From Saccharolobus solfataricus P2 (lineage in GTDB: Archaea; Thermoproteota; Thermoprotei_A; Sulfolobales; Sulfolobaceae), in assembly GCF_000007005.1 (NCBI RefSeq), contig NC_002754.1: a DNA stretch of 64,000 nucleotides, one strand, 5' to 3'. This document shows positions 10,637 through 20,982 of the stretch, in pieces; within the stretch, counting starts at the first letter, position 1, and each line of letters starts with the position of its first letter. The translations under genes and the position numbers were made by a program. The notes under the pieces were generated by a model. It ran no database searches and had not been told where the DNA came from. It saw only the letters and a list, made by a program, of their open reading frames with translations.

Positions 10637-10679
10637 ATTGGACTTTAAATATTTTAACTAGTTTAACTAGTTAAACTAT

Positions 10680-11012
10680 ATGAAAGTACTTATAAAAGAT
10701 GTTGATGAAAAGCTTTACAGAATGTTAAAGGCTAAAGCGTTAATTGAAGGTATTTCCGTAAGTGAGGCAATAAATGAGGCAATAAAACTTTGGTTAATAA
10801 ATAAAGATTTAGATAGAATTATGGTAATAAAGAGTAAGGACTTTTGGGACGCTGTAAATGAGGGAAAGTATGCGTTATTCTGTGATAATAATTTCATAGG
10901 CAGTTTTGAAAACGAGGATGAAATGATAAAAGAGGCTAGGAAATACAAGAAGTGTTACGCTTTAAGCGAAAAGTGGTTAGTTGGAGAGGGTGAACTCACT
11001 GGAGTGTTTTGA
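10680..11012 (+). CDS. Ribbon-helix-helix (CopG-like) domain protein
   Basis: MKVLIKDVDEKLYRMLKAKALIEGISVSEAINEAIKLWL is RHH-like; overlaps the next ORF. Confidence 0.6.
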   Translation: MKVLIKDVDEKLYRMLKAKALIEGISVSEAINEAIKLWLINKDLDRIMVIKSKDFWDAVNEGKYALFCDNNFIGSFENEDEMIKEARKYKKCYALSEKWLVGEGELTGVF

Positions 11013-11361
11013 TATAAATGAAAAGCCTTTACTTCACGTAAAAGTATCTGACTTCAAGAATGAAAATTCTGTTGAGATAGATGCACTAATTGACACTGGA
11101 TTTTCTGGTTGGTTACTCCTCAACTACGAAATTTATACGAAACTTAACTCTCTGGAGATTCCTATTACTAGGAAATATAGAAGCATTTTAGGTAATATTG
11201 AAGTTTTCATGTCCAAAGCAAGTATTACCATTAATCGTTTAAATATAGATGCATTTATTGAGTCCTCTCCTTATATAGAAATGAATCTACTAGGGAGAGA
11301 AATATTGAAGAAACTAAATATATGTTTCTATAGAATGAATAAAGTATGCATTCTGCTCTGA
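10981..11361 (+). CDS. Clan AA (retropepsin-like) aspartic protease
   Basis: ALIDTGFSG catalytic motif and C-terminal LLGREIL; exact start uncertain. Confidence 0.8.
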   Translation: MERVNSLECFDINEKPLLHVKVSDFKNENSVEIDALIDTGFSGWLLLNYEIYTKLNSLEIPITRKYRSILGNIEVFMSKASITINRLNIDAFIESSPYIEMNLLGREILKKLNICFYRMNKVCILL

Positions 11362-11379
11362 CGTCTTCCCGTCCTGTAC

Positions 11380-11495
11380 GGTACTCCCAAAATCATTTTA
11401 CAAAAATAATTCTGATTGAGCAATGTTAAATTTATTGAACATAATCAAGTTTATCCTAATATCGTGAATTCAATAAATTGGAAAAAGAGGTAATA
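11380..11495 (+). mobile_element. Left-end fragment of an ISH3-family IS
   Basis: GGTACTCCCAAAATCATTTTACAAAAATAATTCTGATTGAGCAAT is nearly identical to 3742 onward; preceded by the rc of an IS605 right end (CTGACGTCTTCCCGTCCTGTAC). Confidence 0.7.
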
Positions 11496-11602
11496 ATAAC
11501 GATAAAGAAACAGAAGAATGATTCAATCATAATATTGAATATACAAGCGAAAGTAGAGGAAGAAGAGAGCGAAGATATCGTATAGCATTTATATTCGAGA
11601 AA

Positions 11603-12841
11603 TTGAAGAATAATATTATGAAAGTTGTAATAATTGGTGCAGGTCCAGCAGGAGTTTACTCAGCATTAACCTTATCCAAACACGCAAAAGTTACACTTAT
11701 AGAAAGGGAAGAAAAACTAGGGGGTACTTGCGTACTTTACGGATGTATACCCACAAAATCCATACTAAGCCAGCTTATCATATCTAGGCAAGCATCCAAT
11801 ATGAGTTTAAATACGCTCAGAGAATACGCATTGACTTCAATAAATACTATAAGTAAGAGTTTAGAACACTTGCTAAATAGTCATGGGATAGAGGTTATTC
11901 ATGCTAATGGCTTTCTAAGATCGTCTATGGTTCACGCTTCAAATACTTCACTTGCGGCTGATAAGGTTTTAGTTTCAACCGGAACCAGAAGAGAAAGATT
12001 AGGAAAGGTAAAATTCACAGAGGATTTAGCCTATACTAATGAGGATTATAATAAGGTGGTTATAGTAGGAGGAGATGCAGGTGGGATAGAATTAGGTTGG
12101 ATGATGAAGAAACTGGGTAAGGAGGTACATCTTATAGACAAGAACGATTTACTTTTACAAAACATTGATAGGACCCTCTCTGAGATAGTTACAAATTTTC
12201 TAAGTCAGATAGGGATTAAATTATACTTAGGTAAAAAGGTCTCTAAAATTGACGAAACGTCTGTTACTCTTGAAGATAATCAAAAGATCTCTGGCGATGC
12301 TGTATTCGTAACCTTCGGTCGTAAACCAAATATTGAAGGATTCGAGGAAATTCCCCACGAGAAGTACATATACGTTGACGAATATTTGAGAACTCAAATT
12401 CCTAACATCTATGCAGCAGGGGATATAATAGGTACGTTTACTGCACATGAAGCCATATATGCTGGTATTATAGCTGCGAAGAACATGTTAGGCGAAAAAA
12501 GGGAGTTCATCGTAGAAGGAATACCGAAGGTTATATACATTTACCCACAAATAGCCTATGTAGGTACTACTAATGGTAATTGTGTTACTTTTAACACGTT
12601 AAATTTAACTAGAACAATAGTAGAAAGGGAAAGTGAAGGATTCTTAAAGATATGCGAGAGAGATAACAGAGTAATTGGGGCGGTAGCGTTCATGCCCTAT
12701 GCAGAAGACGTAATTTCTCTTATTTCGGTATTAATACGATACCAAATAAGTTTGAAGGATACGATAGATCTTGTTATGCCTCATCCTTCTTATCTGGAAG
12801 CAATTACTGAGGCTTTAAATATGTTACAAAGTAAAGGGTAA
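11603..12841 (+). CDS. Dihydrolipoamide dehydrogenase (E3)-like flavoprotein; probable start ATG 11618
   Basis: GAGPAG FAD motif, GGTCVLYGCIPTK redox disulfide, HPSYLEA; TTTATA box about 25 nt before ATG 11618. Confidence 0.85.
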   Translation: MKNNIMKVVIIGAGPAGVYSALTLSKHAKVTLIEREEKLGGTCVLYGCIPTKSILSQLIISRQASNMSLNTLREYALTSINTISKSLEHLLNSHGIEVIHANGFLRSSMVHASNTSLAADKVLVSTGTRRERLGKVKFTEDLAYTNEDYNKVVIVGGDAGGIELGWMMKKLGKEVHLIDKNDLLLQNIDRTLSEIVTNFLSQIGIKLYLGKKVSKIDETSVTLEDNQKISGDAVFVTFGRKPNIEGFEEIPHEKYIYVDEYLRTQIPNIYAAGDIIGTFTAHEAIYAGIIAAKNMLGEKREFIVEGIPKVIYIYPQIAYVGTTNGNCVTFNTLNLTRTIVERESEGFLKICERDNRVIGAVAFMPYAEDVISLISVLIRYQISLKDTIDLVMPHPSYLEAITEALNMLQSKG

Positions 12842-13376
12842 AGAAATGTTCATTGCTGAGTGGAACTCATAGTTTCATTATTAACCTATTTTTGTATTAC
12901 GAGTATTAGGACGTAATCAAGTATTCCATTGCCCTAGTCTTGCGGAACAAATCGCTAATCCTTGAGTTTATTGGTCAATAATTACACTATAATATGTTGT
13001 ACGTCATTTAGAGATTGAAAGCAGATCCATATAAGTTTTTTATATGAATTTTTAGGGGTGAGGTTCACTACTTAACAATAAAAGCATATTTTACGATTTA
13101 TCAAATAGCAGTATTTTTAGAGAAATTTCAAGGAATTAATGATCTTTATGAAAATATCGATAAAAATTTTAGAGTTTCTAATTTGAGACCCATTATTTGC
13201 GTTACTGACTTAAAGAGAAGTATAAATTTTCTCATGACTATTCATTGGAATCTTTAAATTTAACGATTTTCTGATACCGCAAATCTAAAATTGCTTGCAA
13301 CAACGACGTTTTACCCTCTCATAGCTATTTTGTTAACATTTAAATACTTCAATTTTAATATACTTTTATTGAGATA

Positions 13377-14375
13377 ATGTTTCAAGATATCCCTAAAAGT
13401 AAATTATTAGACATGTATAAAAAGATGCTATTAATTAGATACCATGAGCTTACTGCTAAAGAGCTCTTCGCATCTGGTAAGATTCCGGGATTTGTGCATC
13501 TCTATGTAGGTGAAGAGGCTGTAGCTGTAGGGGTTATGAGTACGCTAAGAGATGATGACTATATAACTAGTACGCATAGAGGACATGGGCATTGTATAGC
13601 TAAGGGTTTAGACGTAAAGAGGATGTTAGCAGAGATAATGGGTAAGAAAACTGGAGTGTGTAAAGGAAAAGGTGGATCGATGCACATTTTTGATTATAGT
13701 AAAGGTATGTTAGGCGCAAACGGTATAGTTGGTGGAGGAGCTCCTCATGCTGTAGGCGCGGCATTAGCGTTTAAACTTAAAGGTTTGGATCGTGTAGCTG
13801 TGGCATTTATTGGAGATGGGGCTATGAATCAAGGTGTGGTTTTGGAGTCTTTAAATCTCTCTGCTATATGGAAACTTCCAGTAATATTTGTAGTAGAAGA
13901 TAACATGTATGCGATGTCAACTAGAAGTTTAGTACCTGGTAAATTACAGCCTAGGCATTCAGCTGCTAAAAGTTATGTTGAGAGGGCCTTAGGTTTTGGA
14001 ATACCAGCTGTAGAAGTGGATGGGATGGACGTACTAGCAGTTTATGAGGTGGCTAAAGAAGCTGTTGATAGGGCTAGAAGAGGAGGAGGCCCATCCTTAT
14101 TACATTGTAAGACTTACAGATTCTTTGGACACTTTGAGGGAGATCCTTTAGTTTATAGAGATAAAGAGGAGGAAGAGATGTGGAGAAAGAGGGATCCTAT
14201 TACTCTATTTAGAGATAAACTTGTTTCAAATAATATTATAAATTCAGAGGAATTGGATAAGATAGACAGAGAGGCTAAAGCGGAAATAGAGCAAGCATTG
14301 AAATTTGCTGAGGAAAGTCCATATCCAGAAGTAGAAGAAGCTCTCACTGACGTTTTTACAGACAACTCGTATTAG
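13377..14375 (+). CDS. acoA: Acetoin/2-oxoacid dehydrogenase E1 alpha subunit
   Basis: STHRGHGH, GDGAMNQG...EDN TPP motif, TYRFFGHFEGD; co-located with acoX. Confidence 0.88.
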   Translation: MFQDIPKSKLLDMYKKMLLIRYHELTAKELFASGKIPGFVHLYVGEEAVAVGVMSTLRDDDYITSTHRGHGHCIAKGLDVKRMLAEIMGKKTGVCKGKGGSMHIFDYSKGMLGANGIVGGGAPHAVGAALAFKLKGLDRVAVAFIGDGAMNQGVVLESLNLSAIWKLPVIFVVEDNMYAMSTRSLVPGKLQPRHSAAKSYVERALGFGIPAVEVDGMDVLAVYEVAKEAVDRARRGGGPSLLHCKTYRFFGHFEGDPLVYRDKEEEEMWRKRDPITLFRDKLVSNNIINSEELDKIDREAKAEIEQALKFAEESPYPEVEEALTDVFTDNSY

Positions 14376-14386
14376 GGTGCATGTAA

Positions 14387-15361
14387 ATGAGGCAGATAAC
14401 GTTTACTGAAGCAATAAATGAGGCCTTAAGGCAAGAAATGGAAAGAGATCCCTCAGTCATATTAATAGGGGAAGATATAGGTGTTTATGGCGGAGCTTTT
14501 GGAGTAACTAAGGGTTTAATTGAGAAATTTGGCTCCGATAGAGTTATTGATACTCCAATATCTGAGGCTGGGTTCATAGGTGCAGCAGTAGGTGCTGCAT
14601 TAGCTGGCTTAAGACCAGTAGTGGAGTTAATGTTTGTAGATTTCTTTGGAGTTGCAATGGATCAGATCTATAATCAAATGGCTAAATTAAGGTATATGTC
14701 TGGAGGGCAATTGAAAGTACCCCTTACTTTAAGAGCACCAATAGGTGCGGGAATAAGTGCTGCAGCTCAACATTCGCAAACCCTTTACTCAATTTTCGCT
14801 CACGTACCTGGTTTAAAGGTAGTTGTACCCTCTACTCCTCACGATGCTAAAGGTTTGTTAATCTCATCGATACGTGATGATAACCCAGTAGTATTCTTAG
14901 AACATAAGGTGTTATATGGGATAAAAGGTGAAGTACCGGAAGAAGAGTACACTATACCTCTAGGTAAGGCAGAGATAAGAAGAGAAGGAGATGACGTAAC
15001 AGTAATTGGAATAGCCAGAACAGTATGGCATAGTTTAGAGGCTGCGGAACAACTGTCTAAGGAAAGTATAAGTGTGGAGGTTATTGATGTGAGATCAATA
15101 GTTCCTTTCGATAAGGAGACCGTTATTAAATCGGTTAAGAAAACGGGGAGGGTTGTAATTGTGGATGAGGATTATGACAGATGTGGCTTCGCCTCATGGG
15201 TTTCTTCCATAATCGCAGACGAAGCCTTTGAATACTTGGATGCGCCAATAAAGAGAATAACTACTCCTAACGTCCCTATACCCTTCAGTCCTCCCTTAGA
15301 GCAATATATATTACCAGATTCTAAAAAGATTGTTAATACAGTTAAATCAATATTGGGGTAA
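14387..15361 (+). CDS. acoB: Acetoin/2-oxoacid dehydrogenase E1 beta subunit
   Basis: GEDIGVYGGAF, DTPISEAGF, AAQHSQ, DNPVVFLEHK. Confidence 0.88.
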   Translation: MRQITFTEAINEALRQEMERDPSVILIGEDIGVYGGAFGVTKGLIEKFGSDRVIDTPISEAGFIGAAVGAALAGLRPVVELMFVDFFGVAMDQIYNQMAKLRYMSGGQLKVPLTLRAPIGAGISAAAQHSQTLYSIFAHVPGLKVVVPSTPHDAKGLLISSIRDDNPVVFLEHKVLYGIKGEVPEEEYTIPLGKAEIRREGDDVTVIGIARTVWHSLEAAEQLSKESISVEVIDVRSIVPFDKETVIKSVKKTGRVVIVDEDYDRCGFASWVSSIIADEAFEYLDAPIKRITTPNVPIPFSPPLEQYILPDSKKIVNTVKSILG

Positions 15362-15368
15362 ATTTTGA

Positions 15369-16388
15369 TTGCCGGCTGTAGGAATTATTGTTAACCCTGA
15401 ATCTGGAAGGGATATTAGAAGGCTAGTTGCAAAAGCTACCTTTGTCTCTAACTACGCTAAGATAGATACAATAAAGCGTTTTCTTTATGGGCTAAACATA
15501 ACTAACTCTGTCGATGAGGTCGTATTTATGCCAGACTTTTACGGAATTTCCTTAGATATAATAAGTGATATTAAGGATGATGTTAAGTTTAAGTTAAGTA
15601 CTCTAGATATGAGGGTAGAGAATACCGCAGATGATACTATTAACGCTTCAAAATACATGATAGAGAGTGGAGTAGATGTCATAGTAAGCGCTGGTGGGGA
15701 TGGCACTCTACGGGCAGTATACAAAGGGGCAGGGGACAAGGTACCAATACTTGGTCTCTCCTTAGGAACAAATAACGTCTTAGGTGCCTTATACGAACCA
15801 ACAGTTTTAGGGATGATGTTGGGGTTCCTCCTTAAGGAGAATAAGGCTATCTCAAATGTAGTTGAAAGAATAAAGACCATAAAGCTTTTTGTTAATAATG
15901 AATTTAAAAATCTGGCATTAGTGGATTTAACTTTTATGAGCGGTTGGTATGTAGGGGCTAGAGCGATATGGGATGAGTACTCATTAAGGTATGCTTTTAT
16001 ATCCAAGGGTGAATTAGGTGATATTGGAATACCTTCAATAGCCAGTCTCATTAGACCCATAACTTTTCAAGATGATTTAGGTCTAATGGTGAAATTCGGG
16101 TTAGGTAAGATTAAGGTCGCTGCAACACTTGCGCCAGGGTTGGTAAAAGAGGTATTCATAGACGGAATTAGTATACTTAAACTGGGACAAGAGGTACACT
16201 TACCTAGTGGTAGCTACGTTATTGCATTTGACGGTGAAAAGGAAATGGTAGTGAATTCCAAAGATGAGGCAATGGTTAGAATTGATAGAGATGGTCCTCT
16301 CTTAGTTAGTATACCTAAGTCTTTAAATTATATAAATAGTTATTATAGAGAGGAGATGGGTGAACTAAGATGGGCAAAGAAGTATTAA
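15369..16388 (+). CDS. acoX: AcoX / ATP-NAD kinase-like protein
   Basis: IIVNPESGRDIRRLVA, SAGGDGT and LGTNN motifs typical of AcoX. Confidence 0.8.
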   Translation: MPAVGIIVNPESGRDIRRLVAKATFVSNYAKIDTIKRFLYGLNITNSVDEVVFMPDFYGISLDIISDIKDDVKFKLSTLDMRVENTADDTINASKYMIESGVDVIVSAGGDGTLRAVYKGAGDKVPILGLSLGTNNVLGALYEPTVLGMMLGFLLKENKAISNVVERIKTIKLFVNNEFKNLALVDLTFMSGWYVGARAIWDEYSLRYAFISKGELGDIGIPSIASLIRPITFQDDLGLMVKFGLGKIKVAATLAPGLVKEVFIDGISILKLGQEVHLPSGSYVIAFDGEKEMVVNSKDEAMVRIDRDGPLLVSIPKSLNYINSYYREEMGELRWAKKY

Positions 16389-17553
16389 TGCCTAAGTTAG
16401 GCTTAACCATGACAAAAGGGAAAATAGTTCAATGGAAGAAAAAGGAAGGTGACAGAGTTCAAGAAGGAGAGGACTTAGTAATAATAGAAACTGAGAAAAT
16501 AACAACTACAGTAAAATCACCAGTTAGTGGTATCCTACTTAAGATTTACGCTAAGGAAGGTGAAGAGGTACCCGTTGGTCAAATAATAGCGTACATAGGC
16601 GAAATTGGAGAACAACCTCCACCCTCACCTACTAAACCCGCTTTAGCTACTCAACAACAACAAGCGCAACCAATTCGAACCGAAGAGGTAAAGGTAATAG
16701 GCGAAGTAAGAGCTTCACCTAGGGCTAGAAGACTTGCCAAAGAAAAAGGAATAGATCTAAGTAAAATTAGGGGGACAGGACCAGGCGGTATGATAACGGA
16801 AGATGATGTAATTAGAGAGCTGGAAAATATCGAAAAAGGAATGAAATTCACCGCAACTGGTCTTAGGGTTAAAGAAGTGATACCAATGAGTGTAATAAGA
16901 CAAGAAATAAGTAGAAGAATGGTTCAGAGCCTTCAGACAATGGCCCAAGTAACACTAAGTATTGAGATTAATGCAAATTCGTTAGTTAAAATGAAAATGA
17001 AATAGAGTCTAAGTATAGCATGAAAATTACCTATACAGATATTCTAGTTAAGGTAGTAGCTAAACTCCTCAGGGACCATCCATATTTAAACGCAACATTA
17101 GAGGGAGATCAAATAAAGATAATTGAAGAGGTTAATATAGGAATAGCTGTGGCTTTGGATCAAGGATTAATAGTACCAGTAATAAGGAACGCAGATACTA
17201 AGCCAATTACTGAAATAGCGAAAGAAAGTCATGAACTCGCTGATAAGGCCAGAGAGAATAAGTTAAACCCTGATGAAGTATCTGGAGGCACGTTTACGAT
17301 AAGTAATTTAGGAATGTACGATATAGACTCATTTACACCAATTATAAATCCTCCTCAAACTGCCATATTGGGAGTAGGTAGGATAAGAAGGGCACCAGTA
17401 GTAGTAGGCGATAACATCTCAATTGGTTATATTATGTGGCTGAGTTTAACGTTCGATCATAGAGTGATGGATGGACATACTGCAGCCAAGTTCCTAAAAG
17501 AGCTTACTGAAATATTAGAGGATGAAAACAAATTGAGAACGTTTCTAAGTTAG
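16370..17553 (+). pseudogene. acoC: Dihydrolipoamide acyltransferase E2, split by a one-base frameshift near 16997
   Basis: 16370..17005 has the lipoyl domain (ETEK) and E3-binding domain (ASPRARRLA). 17020..17553 has the catalytic DHRVMDG. One extra A in ATGAAAATGAA joins them in frame. Confidence 0.85.
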
Positions 17554-17826
17554 GGGAGATTCAGTTATCCATTGTATATTCACTTTATTTTAAAGAAACT
17601 ACGAAATTAACTAAATGAAGGCGACTGATTAGCAGAGATACATGATTACTGATATTGACATTTTTATAAGCACATTATTTACAAATTACAATTCGCAAAG
17701 GAGAATTGAGTAGCACAATCATTAACTAAAACGAAAATAATAGTGGCTCAGCACAGAAATATTCAATAGATCAACTATGAATCACTGGCCGAAAAAATTA
17801 TTAATGTTCTTCAAGATTATGTTTTA

Positions 17827-19182
17827 ATGCAGGAGTTTATAAATGAAATTCAGAGGAATTTTTCAAATTGCGTAGTGGAAGACTTAGATAAGTATAAAAG
17901 GGACTGGACACCACTCTTAATTCTAGAAGAACATTTAGGAAAAAATTTAGGAAAACCGTTGTTAGTTCTCTCTCCATCAACTACCGAGGAGGTTTCAAAT
18001 ATTGTTAAGTTGGCTAATAAGTATTATGTCTGCATCGTTCCTTACGGAGGAGGTTCTAGCGTAGTGGGTGGGTCTTATCATAATAATTGCGTAATCCTTG
18101 ATTTATCTAAACTAAACAGAATAATAGAGTTCAATGAGGAAGACCTAAGCGTAACAGTTGAGGTAGGAATAAAAATTAAGGATCTTGAAGAATGGTTAAA
18201 TAAAAGAGGATATACTCTGGATTATCATCCTCAATCCTTTTATCTAGCTACCATAGGTGGGGCTATAGCTCATAAAGGATCTGGATCACATAGTAGTAGT
18301 AACATAGAGAATTTAATATTGTGGTTAGAAGTGATTTTGCCTAACGGTAAAGCAGTTAAAGTCGGTAGTTCCATAAGAACTTCCATGAGTCCAGATCTTG
18401 TAAGGTTATTTATAGGCTCCGAGGGAACTTTAGGAGTAATAACTAAGGCTAAACTGAGAATATTCCCTCTTGCACCATATCATACTGACCTTTCCTTTCT
18501 CTTTCCTAATTTTCATAATGCAATAAAGTTTACTAGGGAATATGTTTTGAGGACCTCTCCTCCACATAGGATAGTAGTTCACGATAAGGAAAGCAGTGAA
18601 ATGATGTTGAATATCCCTTATAATATTGCATTAATAAGAGTTAGGGGATATGACGAAGATTTAGTTAACGTGAATGAGAAGATAATTAGACAGCTTGCTA
18701 TGAGACATAACGCAAATGAGGGCGACAGAAGTCTGATAAGAAGCTGGAGAGAGGTCTTTGCTAGAAAGTATGAAGAGCAAATGACTAAGATAATTTCACA
18801 AGGTTTATGGAATGACACATTAGATTTAGGTGCTACTTGGAGTGCGATGCCTAAGCTTTATGATAAGCTAAAGGAATCCTTAAACTCCATGAAAGGTATT
18901 AAAAATGTTCTGTCCAGAGTGACTCATGTCTATACTAACGGTGCCTCACTATATAACGTGGTGGTTATGGAACAAGACCTTGAGTTATTAAAAAGAGTTT
19001 GGGAGACTGCTGCTAGAGTTATAATGCAATTAGGTGGTACAATTTCCCACCATCATGGAGTTGGCATTTTAAAGAAAAATTGGGTTAAGGAAGAATTAGG
19101 CGAGCAATACGACTTATTGCTTCTAATTAAAAGAATGATTGATAGTAATAACATAATGAATCCAGGTAAAGTGTTTTCATAA
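17827..19182 (+). CDS. FAD-binding oxidoreductase (GlcD / alkyl-DHAP-synthase-like)
   Basis: PYGGGSSVVGG, ATIGGAIA, GSEGTLGVIT, SHHHGVG, NIMNPGK. Confidence 0.85.
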   Translation: MQEFINEIQRNFSNCVVEDLDKYKRDWTPLLILEEHLGKNLGKPLLVLSPSTTEEVSNIVKLANKYYVCIVPYGGGSSVVGGSYHNNCVILDLSKLNRIIEFNEEDLSVTVEVGIKIKDLEEWLNKRGYTLDYHPQSFYLATIGGAIAHKGSGSHSSSNIENLILWLEVILPNGKAVKVGSSIRTSMSPDLVRLFIGSEGTLGVITKAKLRIFPLAPYHTDLSFLFPNFHNAIKFTREYVLRTSPPHRIVVHDKESSEMMLNIPYNIALIRVRGYDEDLVNVNEKIIRQLAMRHNANEGDRSLIRSWREVFARKYEEQMTKIISQGLWNDTLDLGATWSAMPKLYDKLKESLNSMKGIKNVLSRVTHVYTNGASLYNVVVMEQDLELLKRVWETAARVIMQLGGTISHHHGVGILKKNWVKEELGEQYDLLLLIKRMIDSNNIMNPGKVFS

Positions 19183-19857
19183 ATTTCTTTTTCTCTAAAT
19201 CATTATTTTATTAGCCTTAATATTAACATCCATAACTGCGATACCTTTCATATTTTTTTAAATTATATTAATTTTAGATATTCTAGTATTTGAGAACGTT
19301 TATAATGTACAAATTTCTAACAATATACATCTATTATCCTTAAGAAAAGCTCATAACTTTATACTGGTATTATATTAAAACTAGAAATGAAGTTGTAGCT
19401 AAAAGAAATGCGTTATAAGCTATTACAGAGCTATGCTACTTTATTGACCCATTAAATTTTTGCGGGAAATATAAGAATTATTTCGAACTTAATTTATACA
19501 TCTTTACATTAATAGGAAATGCAAAGATAATAGCGGTTATGTTCAGAAATATCCAATTAGATCAACTATGAATCACATACTACTTTCTTTAAATTTGCAT
19601 GATATTTACATTATTCTACACTTTAGCTCTCCAAAAATCAGACAGTTATTGGAAAATTGTTTTTTTTTTATTTAAAGATTATAATGAATAGTTATGACAA
19701 ACTCTATACTTCCTATAAGTCAATAATAGCAAATATTGGGATAGGATTAAATACTTTAAAATCCATATGTTATTTTCAGAAATATTATTGATTCCTTGAA
19801 ATATCCTAAAAATACTAATCTAGGAGTATAACGATTACACTAAATCGCTATCTAAAT

Positions 19858-20883
19858 TTACGTTATAAAGTCAAGCTCTATACCTCTCTCTTCAAGAAGT
19901 TTAGCTACTTTCTCTCTAATATTAATAAGGATATCTTGTATCAAAGCTAACGGCTTCATACCGTAATCTACTAGGAACATTAATCTATTAACCTCTGTTA
20001 ATTTCCATATTTTATAGATCTGATTTGCGACATCCTCTGGACCTCCGAGTAATAGTAGTCCACTGTTATAAAGGTCGTCTAACGTTCTCCTTTTTGCATA
20101 AAGCCTAGAGAATACATATCTATGTAAATATTCTTTACTCTCCTCTACTGCATCGTGAAATGACTTAGAAATGTGTGTATGAAAGGCTAAAGAGATCTCG
20201 GCATTAGTGTTTTCTTTCAGCCCTTGTTTATACGAATCTGTTACTGGTTTTACATCATCGATTTTATCTACTGTAGCATAGGGTATCATCATTAAATTAA
20301 ATCCCTTCTTTCCAACGTGATATGCAGCCTCAGCCCTTAGTACGGCAATCCAAATTGGTGGATAGGGTTTCTGCAAGGGCAGAACATTTATTTTTATATT
20401 CTCATATTTGAAATATTTACCATTAACTGATACACTTTCTCCACTCATCAGCTTCAGAATTATGTCTAACGCCTCGTCGAAAATCTCCCTCTTAGCCTCT
20501 TGAGGTATGTTAAATCCCGCGAACTCATGCTTTAAATACCCGCTTCCCATGGCTAGATTAAGTCTCCCATTTGATAGCGTATCAAGTAGTGAATATTCTT
20601 CAGCAACTTGTATGGGATTCTTAAATACTATTGTTGCGACTGCAGGGCCAATTCTAATATTCTTTGTCCTAGATGCTATGTGAGATAAGTATACTGATGT
20701 CGATGGGACTATACCATAGTCAATAAAATGATGTTCTGCAATCCATACTCCCCTATATCCTAACTTTTCCGCAAATTCTATTTCTTTTGCGACTTGTTCA
20801 TAATACTCCCTTTTAGTAAGTCCAGATTCTGAGTAATAATCCATAACCCAGAACAGTTCAGGTTTTATCTTATTTTCGACCAT
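19858..20883 (-). CDS. Luciferase-like (LLM class) flavin-dependent oxidoreductase
   Basis: AEKLGYRGVWIAEHHF, NPIQVAEEYSLLDTLSNGRLNLAMGSGY. Confidence 0.88.
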   Translation of the reverse strand: MVENKIKPELFWVMDYYSESGLTKREYYEQVAKEIEFAEKLGYRGVWIAEHHFIDYGIVPSTSVYLSHIASRTKNIRIGPAVATIVFKNPIQVAEEYSLLDTLSNGRLNLAMGSGYLKHEFAGFNIPQEAKREIFDEALDIILKLMSGESVSVNGKYFKYENIKINVLPLQKPYPPIWIAVLRAEAAYHVGKKGFNLMMIPYATVDKIDDVKPVTDSYKQGLKENTNAEISLAFHTHISKSFHDAVEESKEYLHRYVFSRLYAKRRTLDDLYNSGLLLLGGPEDVANQIYKIWKLTEVNRLMFLVDYGMKPLALIQDILINIREKVAKLLEERGIELDFIT

Positions 20884-20982
20884 ATATATTCCTAGCTGAA
20901 TTCCATAAAATAAACTTTACATGGAAACTTTTCCATTATACGCTTAAATATTTCTTTTACCCTTTTATATTATTGATAGAGT

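Noticed and set aside
11580-11600. TAGCATTTAT resembling an ISC1217/SM2 end
   Set aside because: No partner terminus or duplication; better explained as the TATA box of the E3 gene. The similar motif at 33183 may be a truncated SM2 but cannot be delimited.
16985-17010. Programmed -1 frameshift signal in E2
   Set aside because: No canonical slippery heptamer or obvious downstream structure was seen; kept only as one hypothesis in the findings.
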